NCBI GenBank assembly: GCA_001179505.1
Contig: CDMY01001000.1
Location: 124,001 to 188,000 of the forward strand
From: Vitrella brassicaformis CCMP3155
Lineage: Eukaryota > Protista > Chromerida
Reading direction: 5' to 3'
Length of the DNA: 64,000 nucleotides
Translations under genes and position numbers: made by a program
Part shown: piece after piece, positions 1 through 12,277 of the stretch
Layout: each line of letters opens with the position of its first letter
Numbering within the stretch: the stretch's first letter is position 1
The notes under the pieces: generated by a model
The model's database searches: none
What the model was told of the DNA's origin: nothing
The model's input: the letters and a program-made list of their open reading frames with translations, nothing else

Positions 1-2
1 AC

Positions 3-272
3 ATCGAGACCAAGACGACCGGTGGCACACTGATGATCTACCATGTGCTGTTCACGCCCGCCGAGCCCGCCGTCCCCATCAAGTTTCCCGACGACACGTG
101 GCATGCCGTCTCCGATTCGCCTACCTGCCAGGACCCCCAGTTGCTGTTCGCGTGCTGTGTGAGGGAGCGCATGAGGCCGACGTGCAGTGTGGACGAGTTG
201 CAAGGCGGGATGGCGAGATTCAAGAAAGCCGAGAGTGAGAGAGAACAGCTGTGCAAGGGAAGACCCCGTTGA
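3..272 (+). CDS. 3' end of an unknown protein (partial, runs off window start)
   Basis: Open frame from base 3 to the stop at 270-272 with non-repetitive, coding-like composition; no recognisable domain. Confidence 0.4.
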   Translation: METKTTGGTLMIYHVLFTPAEPAVPIKFPDDTWHAVSDSPTCQDPQLLFACCVRERMRPTCSVDELQGGMARFKKAESEREQLCKGRPR

Positions 273-1521
273 AGTGAGTGAGTGGAAGAGACACATGCAG
301 TGCAAGCGGACGACAGCATGGATGAGAGACAGAACAGACACCTGCGATGAATCGATTCTTGGTTCTGTCTGAATCTGCGTGGGAGGGAGATATTTGAGTG
401 AGGGACGGACGGAGGGACACTTCAAAGCCCCATTTTGAATTAGACAGGGGATGGGAGGCACAGCCCCACACACGAATGGCAGAGGCAGAACAGAGGAGGA
501 CAGATGAGCCCACGAGACCAGCCAGGACCGATCAGCCAGCTGGTCAGGCGAGACAGACTCGAGGCAGACACACAAAACACAGCCGGCCGGTCAGTCGTCC
601 AGACGGCCACACGCAGAGAGCGCGACCAACAAACAGACAGACAGACAGACAATGAGAAGAGAGAGGGGCGATGCACTCCCTCCTCTCCGATCAAACCCGA
701 TACACAGTCAGCCAGGCAAGAGGGAAGAGCCCCCGGCCACACACACGAGTTTATGACAAAAACAGCCACCCCCACATGTGTGTGTGTGTGGATTCTCTCC
801 TACTCTATGCTGTACCAAACGCAGCTCAACGTAAGGGACGTAGCTGTCTGGACGGAAGGTTGAAAGACGCTTCAGTCGCTGCTAGCCCACTGCATGTCTG
901 TCCAGTCGCTGCAGAGAAAGCAGCAGAGCAGATATCGGTTGTGGTGAGACAGAATTGAGTGAAGGATGTCTCGCCAACCAGAGTGAGTGAGGTGATGATG
1001 TTTGGAATGGATTGAGTGCCCTTTGAGTGACGCTTCAGATGCGCCAAATGCGGTCTGGCGCGGTGCCTTGGTTGCTGAGAACGGAGCGGCTGTTGTGGAG
1101 GGGTGACACTGTCAGTTGAGAATGAAAGAGAGCGAGTGAGGAGCTGCTGCTTGGTGTGTGTGAGGCTCTCAACTGGCCGGTTCACATTTGGTCCACATGC
1201 AATGGTCGAGATTCAGACCATTGCATCTCGAGATTCTCGACCATTACTACGGAGGCAACTCATTACTGGAGATATTTCATTTCATTTTCGGCGTCCTCAT
1301 GACCACAGTCAGAGTCCCCTCAACGCCTGATGAGCCCGCCTGGTGTCATGAAATCCGTGCCTGCCGTCGGAAATGAGTCTCCTCCATTGGCCGGCCTCGC
1401 CTGCGGGGGAGATGGCGAACAATTGATGGCGAGTGGGGGCGCGTTGAATTAAGGCGCCCTCACCCATGCCAGGCAAACACATTTCCATCACCACAACGCA
1501 CACACACGCACACAGACAGAC

Positions 1522-1553
<32 letters not shown>

Positions 1554-1779
1554 GAGGGACGTCTGTGTCTGTGTGTGTTGATGCGCAGTTCACGAGACCT
1601 TCTTCAGCCGCATTTGCGCCGACGAGGACAGCCAGTCCGACCAGACCAGGACGACGAATCATCTCCTTCACGTACACACACAAACTCTCGGGGGAGAGAG
1701 AGCGGAAGAAGGACAGAGAGGCACGCAGAGATACCCATAAGGATGTGTGTGCGAATGGGTGTAGTGACTCCTCTGCGAA

Positions 1780-2942
1780 ATGCAGCAAGTGCGGCCCCAT
1801 CTTCCGCTGGTGGTGGTGACGCAGAGGGAGGCGCCTCGGCGTCTGCTTAATCGGCACCGGCATCGGCATCATCGTCGTCTGCGCCAAGGGACAGCCAAGT
1901 GTGCCAGGTACATCCCTTGGCGGGGGGCATGTCCCTCTCCAGCCGCTCTCTCTCATCGTCATCTGCCTCTGCTGCTGATGACAGCAACAACACCAGCCAA
2001 AGGCCCCCTCAGCAGCAGCAGGCATCGTCATCCATGAGTCTGTTGTCCCGCAATCCCTTCCTGCCCGACAAAAATGCGTCCAGCAACAGCACATCACCCT
2101 GCCCACCAGCAGCTGCTGCTGCTGCCTCTTCTTCCGCCGCTGCCTCTTCTTCCGCCGCTGCCGCTGCCGCTGCTGCTGGTGGTGGTGGTGGTAGTGAACC
2201 GCCCCCTCTCATACCAGAGGGAAACGCCTCGGCGTCTGCTTCATCGGCAAGGGACAGCCAAGTGTGCCAGGTACGTGTGCACCTGACACCCAGAGGGACC
2301 GTCCGGATGGCTGTGAGTGTGCGTGAGTGCGTGTGTGTATGTGTTTGTGTGTGTGGCCGGTTTGTTCATCATCAGTCATGTCAGTACACCCTCTTGAGCA
2401 GCTCGTCAGCCCTGACTGCATCGTACTCACACACACACACACATAGTGCCTTCTCAGTGCGTCAACCAACCAATCGTGTGTGTCTCTCCCTCAGGTCCCC
2501 GAAGACCCACGACGAGGACCGCGGCGAAGGAGAGGAAGGTGGGCGAAAGGAGAAAGGAATGCATTGACACAGACTTTATGCACTCAGAACATTGTCTTGA
2601 TCGTGGCACGTACAGATCGCTGCTTGCATTTTATATTTGTGAGTCACTTCGTCCAATGGAGGAGTCCCGCCGGCCGATCCGGATCCTGAGGACGGCTCGG
2701 AGCAGTGGAGAGAGGGAAGGGGGGGAAAACGAGGAAGAGGGTAGGGACGTGTCCCACACCGTTAAGTGCGGCACTTTTCTCGTCCCCAGAGACGCCAGAT
2801 GGGTACCCATGCACATCCACCCACAGTCACCACACCACAGCAGAGAGCCATTGATGGACGTTATATCTCTCTGTTGTGTGTTGTGCGTAGGCCACGTGCC
2901 CTGCGTGTCAGAAGGTGTTCTGCCCCCACTGCTCCCGCGAGG
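1780..2942 (+). pseudogene. Degenerate 5' part of an RBR-type E3 ligase (Ala/Ser-rich exons, IBR half-exon)
   Basis: Duplicated exons ending RDSQVCQ|gt (~1836-1910 with an in-frame TAA, and ~2230-2270). Exon 2891-2940 encodes ATCPACQKVFCPHCSRE, an IBR C-terminal CxxC..CxxC. RING1 is not recoverable. Confidence 0.45.
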
Positions 2943-2999
2943 TATGCACACAGAGCTGCCACGGCACGTGGGAGAGTTGGAAGGCGCAGGCAGAGCACT

Positions 3000-3760
3000 C
3001 AAGATTGCCTTCCCTCCCTTGAAGCTATCACCAAGTGGAAGATCCGGATCCTCATGCCTCTGCTGATACCGCTGGTGATATGTGCCATACTGACCATCAT
3101 CTCGACCAACCGCAAATGTGTCCTGGAATGATGGCCACCACAGACGTACGTGTGTCAGCGGAATCAAGTGGGGAAAGCAGCCGTCCCGACGGCACACATT
3201 CGGCGTGAGGACGTCTCGGAGGAACGAGGAGAGGGGGATGGAGCGGGATCTGGGGATGGAGAGTGCCGTCAGACTCTGCAGCTGCTGCTCAGAGTCCGTG
3301 AAGGAGAAGACAAACGTAAGAGAGACCATGGAGAGGGAGAGAAGTCGTCGAGCCACCACATACAGCCGCTCCGCTACGAGACCCACTCGACCTGTGAGAC
3401 TTCCCCCCAGTGGTACGACGATGTCGGCTCGGATGAAGACTGGCCTTTGAGTGTGCTATGCTCCGTCTATCGCTCGCCGGCAATGTGCGGTCCCTCGACG
3501 TCACCTGACGGGGGTCGGGACGCCGCCTCGCCCGTCTCCTCTCGCCGGTAAGCCGTAGGTGCAGCCAGGCAGAGGAGATCACAGACAGCCATTCAGCAAG
3601 CCACGGACATCCCTTTGTCTCTCTTCTCGCTTTGTGTGTGTTTGGTGTGATGTGTGTGTGTGCGTGTGTGCAGGTTTGCTTACCTTCAGTCCCTGCCCGT
3701 TCTGCTGTTGGTCGGCGTGCTGCTGCCGTCGCCCTATATGGTATGCAGCGCATATGCGGT
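3000..3760 (-). pseudogene. Frameshifted antisense coding remnant of unknown family, lying between the duplicated IBR exons
   Basis: Protein-like stretches PVFIRADIVVPLGEVSQVEWV and LVAERLYVVARRLLSLSM...HVRLWWPSFQDTF lie in different frames. Confidence 0.25.
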
Positions 3761-4190
3761 CTTCTGCGCGGACCATTCTGTCTCTTCCTCTCCCTCCCTC
3801 TCTGTCTGGCTGTTTGTTTATGCGTGCAGCGCTCCACCTACATAATGCCGACGCCCTGCACACCAAGCTGGCTCTGTTTGCTGGCCTCTTTGGACTCTTA
3901 GCTCTGGCAGTGCCACTGCCAGTAGGCGCGTTCTGTGGAAAGGAGCGGGTGTGGTCCGGGGCTTGGAGATTCTGTTGGCGTTGTGGCGGTGGGCTGTTGG
4001 GTCGGGACGGACACGAGAATGGAATGGTGCGTGCTAGCAATCGGTGGGATTGTGTGCTCACTTTCTCGCTTTCTCGTCTGTCCGCAGTGGTAATACATGA
4101 GAGGAGCGACGGTCAGTTAGTGCCGCGTCATTCATGCATTCATTCATTCATTCATTCATATGCGTTCTCTCTGTTGCATGTCGTGCGCAG

Positions 4191-5377
4191 GCCACGTGTC
4201 TCGTGTGTCAGAAGGTGTTCTGCCCCCACTGCTCAGCGAGGTACGCACACGAAAGCACACAGGAACGTACACACGCACACATACACCCGCATCTTCTTCT
4301 TGTGTCTCTCTGTGTTTCTCTCTATGTCGGTGAAAACACGCAGGCGCATGACGGCTTGACGTGCGAGGAGGCTGCGGCGGCCTCGGCCGCTGAGGGCGAC
4401 AGGCAGCTAAGCTCGCTCGGAGAGCGAGAGGGATGGAAGGTGGGGCATCAACCACACACGGCACACACATGCCCTTCACACACACATCCGTGTGCGATGT
4501 TGTGTCTCCTTCCGTCAGCGGTGTCCGAGGTGCAGGACGATGTGCGAGAAGGCCAGGGGGTGCAACTTCATGAAATGCGAGGTGTGACCTATGCAAGACA
4601 TACACACACGTCTATCCATGTGGCTGCCTGCGTGTGTGTGTGTGTGTGTGTGCGTTCAGAGTTCGCAATGTCGCGGCCAGGGAGTCTACTTCTGCTACAT
4701 CTGTGGGGTACAACTCCCAATCGAGGAGATATGGATAAGTCACACTCACACATGAGAGGGGGAGACCACACACATACAAACAAAAGAGACACACACAGAC
4801 TCACACACAACCGATGCGATTCGAGGTGTGTGTGCGTGTCTGCAGCACTACAGCCACTTCCCGAATGGCCCGTACGAGTACTGTTGCGTGAATGTTCCCC
4901 AACCGGCCCGACTACCGCCGAGTGAACAACCAGGTACGGATGGATGTACGGCTGTCACCGGGCTGTGTGCGTATGTGCGACTGACCGTGTGTGTAGAGTT
5001 GCTGCCCAATTTGCCCCCCGACAACCCCGCCCCGCCTGATGCCCTTACTGACCCGCCCGCCTTCTCTGCCGCCTTCCCTGACGCCATCAACGACCCAGGT
5101 ACATACGATCAGTGTGTGTCTGTACTCGTTCGTGTATGTGTGTGTGTGTGTGTGTTGTGTTCAGGCATCCGACCACTGGGTCCCCTGGGCGCCCGGTCGG
5201 TCGCCGGCATACGGCGAGTGGGAAGAGACCTGCTCAACCAAAGGCTGCACAGTGAGTGGGTGGCTGGGATGGATGGATGGATGTACTGCTCTATGTGTAT
5301 GTGTGTATGTGTGACTGACCGTGTGTGTAGACGTGCTGCCTGGTGCTGACCCTCCGGCTGACCTGCCTGTCCCCTGA
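4191..5377 (+). CDS. RBR (IBR-RING2) E3 ubiquitin ligase, 3' part; 5' exons missing or degenerate
   Basis: Spliced exons: ATCLVCQKVFCPHCSAR | AHDGLTCEEAAAA | RCPRCRTMCEKARGCNFMKC | CRGQGVYFCYICG | HYSHFPNGPY. This fits IBR plus RING2 with the catalytic Cys in GCNFM. The spliced frame stops at TGA 5375-5377. Confidence 0.75.
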
Positions 5378-5419
5378 CCCTCCTGCTCCCCTCCCTGACC
5401 GACCGGCGCTTCAAGCGGC

Positions 5420-5674
5420 TTCGGTGGTGCACTTCACAGTCAATTACATGACAGGGGTGAGTGAGTGGCCGAGGGGATAACGACAATCATGGCCATCTCT
5501 CTCGTTTCTGTGTCTGTGTGTTTGTGTGTGTGCGTCGAATACCCTCCAGCCGGGGCAGGACATCTACGTCGTGGGGTCCACCGGCCCGCGCCGCCCCAAT
5601 GAGGTGGACGGCGGGGCACAACTGGACATGTTCACTTGATCTGCCACAACAGCGTAAGACACACACACACACAT

Positions 5675-5707
<33 letters not shown>

Positions 5708-5990
5708 TGTCTCCTCTTGTGCCGCGCCTGTCCATATTTGTGTATGTGTGTGTGTGTCGATTCAGCGATAGAATACAAGTTTCTTGTGAATGAGGGCGAC
5801 AGAGTCGAGTGGGAATTTGGGGAGAACCACGAGATGGGCAGGCAAGACCAAGACGGACCACACACACACACGCGTTGAGACACGACGTCTTTGTGTTGGT
5901 GTGTCTTCTTTGCTTGGCGAATGCAATGACTGCAGCTCGAGGTCTTGGAGGAAGACACAGAGGTGCTGGACTGGTGGGGGCAGGGCTGAG
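5420..5990 (+). pseudogene. Decayed CBM20 starch-binding domain exons directly downstream of the RBR ligase
   Basis: VHFTVNYMT | PGQDIYVVGS..AAPMRWTAGHNWTCSLDLP | IEYKFLVNEGDRVEWEFGENH. Paralogous, including introns, to 41070-41760. Carries a 23-nt deletion at ~5580 and a GT>AT donor loss after NHE. Confidence 0.8.
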
Positions 5991-6860
5991 GGGTGCGAGG
6001 GGGAAGAACATCAAGCTGTGATGGGGTGAGCTGCGTTTGATCACCCTGCAGTAGGAGAAGGGCTCCACACACGATTGCCTTCCTTTGATGCGCTGCTTTG
6101 TATAACAGCATGGCTGTCTACATTTTATAGTCGCGCGGCCTGTGGCTCACTTTTACCGAATCAATCGCCATCGACTCCGAATCAACCGGAGCTTGTGATG
6201 GAGTGGCCTGTGTGTGAAGCACTGCCATGTTTTTGTCATCGTCAGCCCACGGATACGCACTCGACCAGGTGAAGTCGCAACGGTTTCATCAGTCTCGCAG
6301 ACACGTGAAACTGTACATGTGCCTGTTTGCTGCAGGGGGTTCCTGCAGGGGAAGCCAGTCAAGCGGAAGCTCGGCAAGCACCACATACTTGTATGTGGTG
6401 CTTGCCGAAACGGTGTGTATGCGCTTAATTACCTGCTGCTGGTCTGCCTGCTTTCACACTGCATGGTTTGAGGCAGGCAGGCACGACGCGACGAGAGACA
6501 ACACCAGTGTGTGTGTGAATAATGGGAGGGAGAATGAGGCCTACACACAGCCATCTCGCTCGCTCGCTGCGAACCCGCCACACACACACACACAGGCCGA
6601 GGCTGATTGGTTGACCAGCTACTTGTGTGTGGCGATCTCTCCCCGTCTCCTAAGATTATTTATTGGCTCCAATCAGAAGACTCATTTACTCGACGGACGC
6701 ACAAACGAGTCACTTGTTGACTAATGGCGTGTGTCTCATATCATGAACACACACGCACACATCGACAGCCACACACTCACGCAGTTCGAGAGCCAGCTGG
6801 GTCGATGAGTCGTCTGGTCTCGCCCTCCCCATCGAGCACCGCCATTGAGCAGAACCAAAC

Positions 6861-7880
6861 TCACCCTCCACCATTAATGCAGTGAGTGCCTCGTGGGAGG
6901 GGACGGGCTGGTGTGTGTCGGCTGTGTCTTTCCTGACTGCTTAGACGTGTCGACAGCAGACAAATCGATGCGATTGAGTCAATGCAGTGAGACACATTAT
7001 TACATCTCGTCGACACAACTTGATGGACACGGCTACGTCGAGTCGATGTCCACACGCACACACGCACATTCACCCCGATGAGGTCTGCCTGCCTGCCGAC
7101 AGTCACAGACACTAAGGATATCAGCCGGCCGTCGCTGAGCCCCAACTTGAGGCCACCAGACAGACGCCCACTGGATAAGAATCATGACGATGGCATTAAG
7201 ACATCGGTGTGCCAATCACTCCAGGAGTGAAAGCGTCGTCATGGCAGCTCAACAAAAAATCGTCAGCAGGGCGTGGGAGAGACGTAAAGTCTCTCTCGAC
7301 CAACAGCACGACCCACAGGCAGCAGCATCAGCACACTCACGGCAGACACAAAGGGCCACGGGCGGCTGATAGGCACACACGCGACAAAGGCAGCGACATC
7401 AGCCACACACACACTGAGCGATAAACCATCCCGACAACGGCAGGCACAAAGAGGCCCATCAGTGTGTGAGCCGTCGTGTGCTGTCTCTCTTTGGTTGAGC
7501 GAAAGTCTGCCTATGGTACACACAGAACATAGCACCCACTCGTGTGTCGCCTCCAGCCAGCGACGGGCCGACCGACCGGCCCCCTCACAAACATTGAGAC
7601 AACTCTTCCCCTCCCAACAGCACGACCAACACCATTCAACACACGCACAGCGAGAGAGACTGTGAGGCAGCCACACAGACAAAACTCCCCCGCTCATAGC
7701 AGACAGACAGACGGCGGGGGAGAGAGGGGACACGCACACAAAATACCCCTATGGCTAACCCGCCCTCCTTCGCTGAAAACGGAGGCACACACAAGGCCAG
7801 TCAACGAGTGAAGAGCCCCCGGCTACGGACATGAGTGTGTGACACACAGCCGTCCCCACGTGTGTGTGTGTGTGTGCACT
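6861..7880 (-). repeat. R1: ~1 kb 3'-flank repeat of FKBP-like genes
   Basis: Inverted homologue of 14410-15460, 22205-23150 and 46890-47755. Shared blocks include gagctgccatgacgacg..tttcactcctgg and gtccatcaagttgtgtcgacgagatgtaataatg. Confidence 0.85.
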
Positions 7881-7885
7881 CTCCC

Positions 7886-8573
7886 CTACCATATGCTGAC
7901 CAAACGCAGCTCAATGTAGGGGGGATCATACGTGGGTAAGCCGCCATAATACCTGATGTTTGGCGCTTTGATCTGCCTCATCTCCCCCTCACGCATAGAC
8001 AGCATCGCCTCACGACACCACCCAAACAGATCAGACACACGACACACCTGCCGACGGCCATCGTAGACCTTGTCACGGCCGTCGAATCCATCACGCCACT
8101 CAACCCGGTCGAACGTGACGTGGTCGCTGGCCCTGGGCACTCTGCCGGTGCCCTCTTCCACCACCTCATACCTCTCACCCCCTGGCAATGTGCCAGTCCG
8201 ACGGCGTAGAGTGGCGCCGCCGCCAATGAAGGGACTGTCAACGACGCACACACACACAGAGAGAGAGAGAGCGCGCAGACACAAAGCCAATCACCATCCA
8301 CGCACGAGGCATGAGCAAGAGAGACGCAAGGGCTCCTCACCTCTGGTTGTTCGGTAGCCTTTGCCCTATCGGCAGGGCAGTGGGCGGGCTGGTGCTGAAG
8401 TCGAGGAAGCGGACGCCCTTATTGCCCTCTGCCAGCCGGGTCACAATCACCTCGCCACTCAGAGGGCTCGTGACTTCGATGAACAGCTCGCCCGGCCGAT
8501 TGGGGTACTCAAAGACGTTCTTCTCGCCCCACACAGTGATGCCCACCCACCCGAGGCCAGCTGCCAACGCCAT
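7886..8573 (-). CDS. YPNRPGE orphan domain + FKBP-like domain (2 exons: 8573-8341, 8234-7886)
   Basis: MALAAGLGWVGITVWG..FEYPNRPGE..PNNQ ag|gtgagg, phase-2 intron, then cag|t SPFIGGG..YEVVEEGTGRVP..WRDGFDG..MREGE..LRLVSIW*. The join is in frame. Confidence 0.8.
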
Positions 8574-9156
8574 GATGCCTGCTGTGATACCTGTCACAGA
8601 GTCTGGATAATCCATCAGATCTCTCTCTCGTTTGCAATCTGCACGTGTGCTGCCTCTCTGTGGCTCACCCTGTGTGCTCACCCTCCTTTCCCGTTTTGCC
8701 GCAGAAACACTTCCGATCGGCAGCTGAGCTCGCAGGCAACGGGGTGAAACAGACAGACAACGACTAGGGGCGTTCGCCGACAGGCCGCTTTTCCTTGCGG
8801 CGCGAGCAACTTTGGCCCGAGATCTTCGCATACCTCACCCACCTTCCCTGAGCCATTGTGGGCGATGCCGCAGCAATCCGCTCTACTTCTTCCCGCGGGA
8901 GTCATCGTCTCGGCGTTGGCCAGCACGTTTCAATCTCCCCTGGTGGCTCGCCCGCTCGAGGCCGTCACTCCAATCCATTCCACAGCCCGTGGGAAGGCCA
9001 CACATTACCTCTCACAGCCCATTGCGGCCCAGACGGGCAATCAGGGGCAAAGCCAAGACTCTCACACTCAATTGGACGCCGAAAAGGTCAATCAAAATGA
9101 ATGATCAAAAGACCTGCTCAGCCTTCTGAATATGCTCTCCCTGTGTGTTGTCGCAG

Positions 9157-9780
9157 AGCTCTGGCAAGGACGAGCGGAACACGTCCGAGCCATCAGACAG
9201 CACCTTGCCGTCGAGTGGTCCTCTTCCCCCAACCGATGGTCAGAAAGGTCGTCAGCCACAACACGAGTGCAAGAGCATCCCTCTCTGTGGGTTTGCGTGT
9301 GTGTGTGTGGGCTGGTTGCAGGTGCTCCTCTGCAAGTCATGAACTTCATCAACTACGGAGACGAGCAAGTCGCTGAGAAGTGGCTGGGGGTTCCTTTCCG
9401 CCGAGCTTCTGCCACCCCTGGTCAGTCAGCGAACCAGTGATAGCGAGGCGGAAATGAGATCACCCCACCCACATGTCTGTATCGCTGTGCACCCGGTCCA
9501 TGCAGCTCCCAGCGAAGGCCCCCCTCCAATCACAATCACTGGACTGGAGACTCCAGTGGAGCGCATTTCCAAGGGCGTTTCCAATGGCGGCCTGGGCTTT
9601 CTGGTAGGGGCCATCGGCTTGTCCATCGGGATCATCTTCTGTGGTTTTGGCCTCGTCCTCTTCGGCCTTAATCAGGCCGGCATCAATGGTGTGGGTGCGA
9701 TCATCGCCGCACTCGCATTCTTGGGTGTGGCCTTGGGTGTGGCGTTTGTCCTGGTGATGATGTTAAAATCACTGGGGTAG
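9157..9780 (+). CDS. Small membrane protein with two C-terminal hydrophobic helices (start unresolved)
   Basis: Three phase-1-compatible exons (~9157-9240, 9320-9420, 9505-9780) ending GLGFLVGAIGLSIGIIFCGFGLVLFG..IIAALAFLGVALGVAFVLVMMLKSLG*. Confidence 0.55.
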
Positions 9781-10184
9781 GCACCACGGCGTCGTGACAC
9801 ACCGTACGTGTGAGACAGCTAGACAGACAGGTGCTTAGAGGGGGGGAAGGGCTGGTGGGGGCGACTATCTCCCTTGTACAGACATACGGTTTTGCTTACT
9901 TGACTCATGGGACTGTCTCATGGGAGGGAGGGAGGGAGGGAGGGGAGAGGAGAGGCAGCGGGTGTGTAACGTCTGGTACTCTCTTGGGGCTCGGATTCCA
10001 CTGGCTGACGTCGTTTCTGTCTGTGAGTGTCGACAGGCAGAAAACACGTCAGCCGATCGACACCCTGAGCCGCGAGAGACCACATAGACACACCTGCATT
10101 GAGTGGCTGGGCGGGCAAGGCAAGTGACCAGTGCGTCTGAATGAGGGAGGGTATCATGATGTCGTGATGCATGTGGCGGGTGGG

Positions 10185-10507
10185 CGGTGTGGTCCGTCGG
10201 CCGGAGATCAACGGCCTGGAGGGCAGGGTGGGGGAGGTCCTGCCGCCACACACACAACTCAACAAATCGGACGTCACACGGTGGGGGTCACACGCAGACG
10301 AAAGTGGTTACACAGACAGGCCCGCATGTGTCTGTCTGTCTGTCTGTTTGTCTGTGTGTGTGTGTGTGCAGGTACCGTGTTAGTCTGTCAGTGTGCGCCA
10401 CACACGAGCTGTCACTGCGTGGCGACAATGTGCTGCGGATTCCCCGGGCTGCGCGCGACCCGCTGAGCCACCTGGTGGCCTCACTCACCGGCATGCACAT
10501 CAACTGA
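10185..10507 (+). CDS. 3' exons of a gene with an RPEINGLEGRV motif; paralog of the tail of the RING gene at 58570-59850
   Basis: VVRRPEINGLEGRVGEVLPPHTQLNKSDVTR | YRVSLSVCATHELSLRGDNVLRIPRAARDPLSHLVASLTGMHIN* is near-identical to 58570-58893 (-). No RING exons found upstream here. Confidence 0.55.
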
Positions 10508-10689
10508 CTAACGGCCTGACTGCCTGACTTGGTGGGCGGGCGGCCCGCGGGTGGGCAGCCATGGCCATATCATCTCTACCTGTGTCCCTTTGTGGGCTGC
10601 GGACGGCATTTGGCTGAGGCTGCTGCGCTGCATGGCGCGGCCGCTGTGTGTATACGAGTGAGACCCCATCCATGCCTTCTGACTACTGT

Positions 10690-10830
10690 CGTGTGTCGTG
10701 TCACACACACCGATGGGCCGGTGACTCGTCCTCGATCGGTCACCCCACACACATGGGGGCGCACGAATGACAGACACTGGGAAGACAGCGGCTGTGAGAT
10801 GATACACCCGACGTTACACCCGTCGATCGA
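10690..10830 (+). repeat. R2 dispersed non-coding repeat
   Basis: gtcacacacac(c/t)gatgggccggtg..gacagacac..gagatgat(a/g)ca also occurs at 46270-46600 and, inverted, at 57950-58300. Confidence 0.65.
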
Positions 10831-11658
10831 GTCGTGTCTGTTCCACGTTTGTTGCATGAAAAGCAATCACATACACATCACAACTGTGTGCGCTTTCAAC
10901 AGTCGACAAGTCACACAGACAAATAAACACACACCCGCAGCCGGCATTAAGTGGATGGATGGACGACGGCAGTGGCTTCTGTGCCTGTCTGAGAATGAGT
11001 GTACAACGCCGTGGTGATGGACTCAGTGGGTGTGTGTTGTTCTTTGAGTGTTCTTTGAGTGGTACGCCATGCTCTTCAGAGGGCTTCTCTGTCGAGCGGG
11101 GCATAGCCAACAGAGAATACCAGCCGTTTACACACACATTGGTGGGTGTGTGGTGTGTGGACAAAGGACTGGTGGGTGCATGAGGGACGGATCGATGCAG
11201 TCGATTGATTGACACCCATGATACAGTCAGTAGGTCGATACACATTCATGCCTCTCTCGCCCCACACACAGAAATCATCGATGTGTGACATTCACATATC
11301 GATGATTTCTGTGTGTGTGTGGCTATCTGCACAGATAATGATGCTTTCTCTCCTCCACAGACCGGCAGACAGACAGGCGGTTGGATAAAAGGCAAACACA
11401 CCACACAACCAGCTCACGGCCATCATAAGGTGTGGCGTGATTGGTGTACAGGCAGACGGCTTTCCACAACAATGACAGACAGAAAGCCGAACCATCACCC
11501 GGCCCCCTCTCAACAATAACACCCGCACACCCAGTACACACATCGCCCTCTTTGCACACAGTCAGACAGACGACGAGTGAAGAGCCCCCGGCCACACACA
11601 TGAGTGTGTGACACACACGACCGCCCCCACATGTGTGTGTGTGTGTGTGGACTCTCTC

Positions 11659-12277
11659 CTACTCTATGCTGACCAGCCGGAGCTGCCAGTAGGGGACACA
11701 TTTCTCGTCGGGCACTGTGATCTGCCTGACCTCCCCCTCACGCATCGACAGCATCGCCTCACGCCACCACCCACCATAATCAGACACACATCCACCTCCC
11801 TACGTTCATCGAAGGCTTTGTCCCGGCCATCGAATGCATCCTTCCACGCAATGATGTCGAACTTGACGGTGTCGCTGGCCTTGGGCACTCTGCCGGTGCC
11901 CTCCTGCACCACTCGATGGCGGGCGCCGGAGGGAAGTCGGACAAAGCCATTGCCGTTGCGGTTGGCGACTGACGATGAGCCCTCTTGCCGCTGACGCAGT
12001 GTGGCCCCGCCGCCATTGCTGCCAGCCGCTGCTGCACTGCACACACAGATTTGGTGCAGACACAGCACAAAGAGATCTGATCTGTGTGATGGCCTCTGCC
12101 CCTCGTCGCCTACGTGAGCTGTCTGAGGTCGTCTGTGATGTCGGCCGCCAGTTTGATGTCGCCGTAGTGCTCCGGGCGGATGGCCATCTGCTGCCCTTTG
12201 GCCGTGTAGTAGAAGCCGCCGCGGCCGTCGGTGAAGGTGTTGCGGCCCCAAAACAGGCCGACCAGCCGATCACTCAT
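11659..12277 (-). pseudogene. MSDR micro-domain + FKBP-like domain with a 1-nt frameshift
   Basis: Exon 1 MSDRLVGLFWGRNTFTDGRGGFYYTAKGQQMAIRP..QL ac|gt, phase 2, then the FKBP exon. The frame is lost after DERREV (~11795) and resumes WWREAMLSMREGEVRQI..QLRLVSIE*. Confidence 0.8.

Noticed and set aside
1100-1380. Lower-GC stretch with short ORFs (also 6130-6470)
   Set aside because: No consistent frame, motif or splice structure could be supported.
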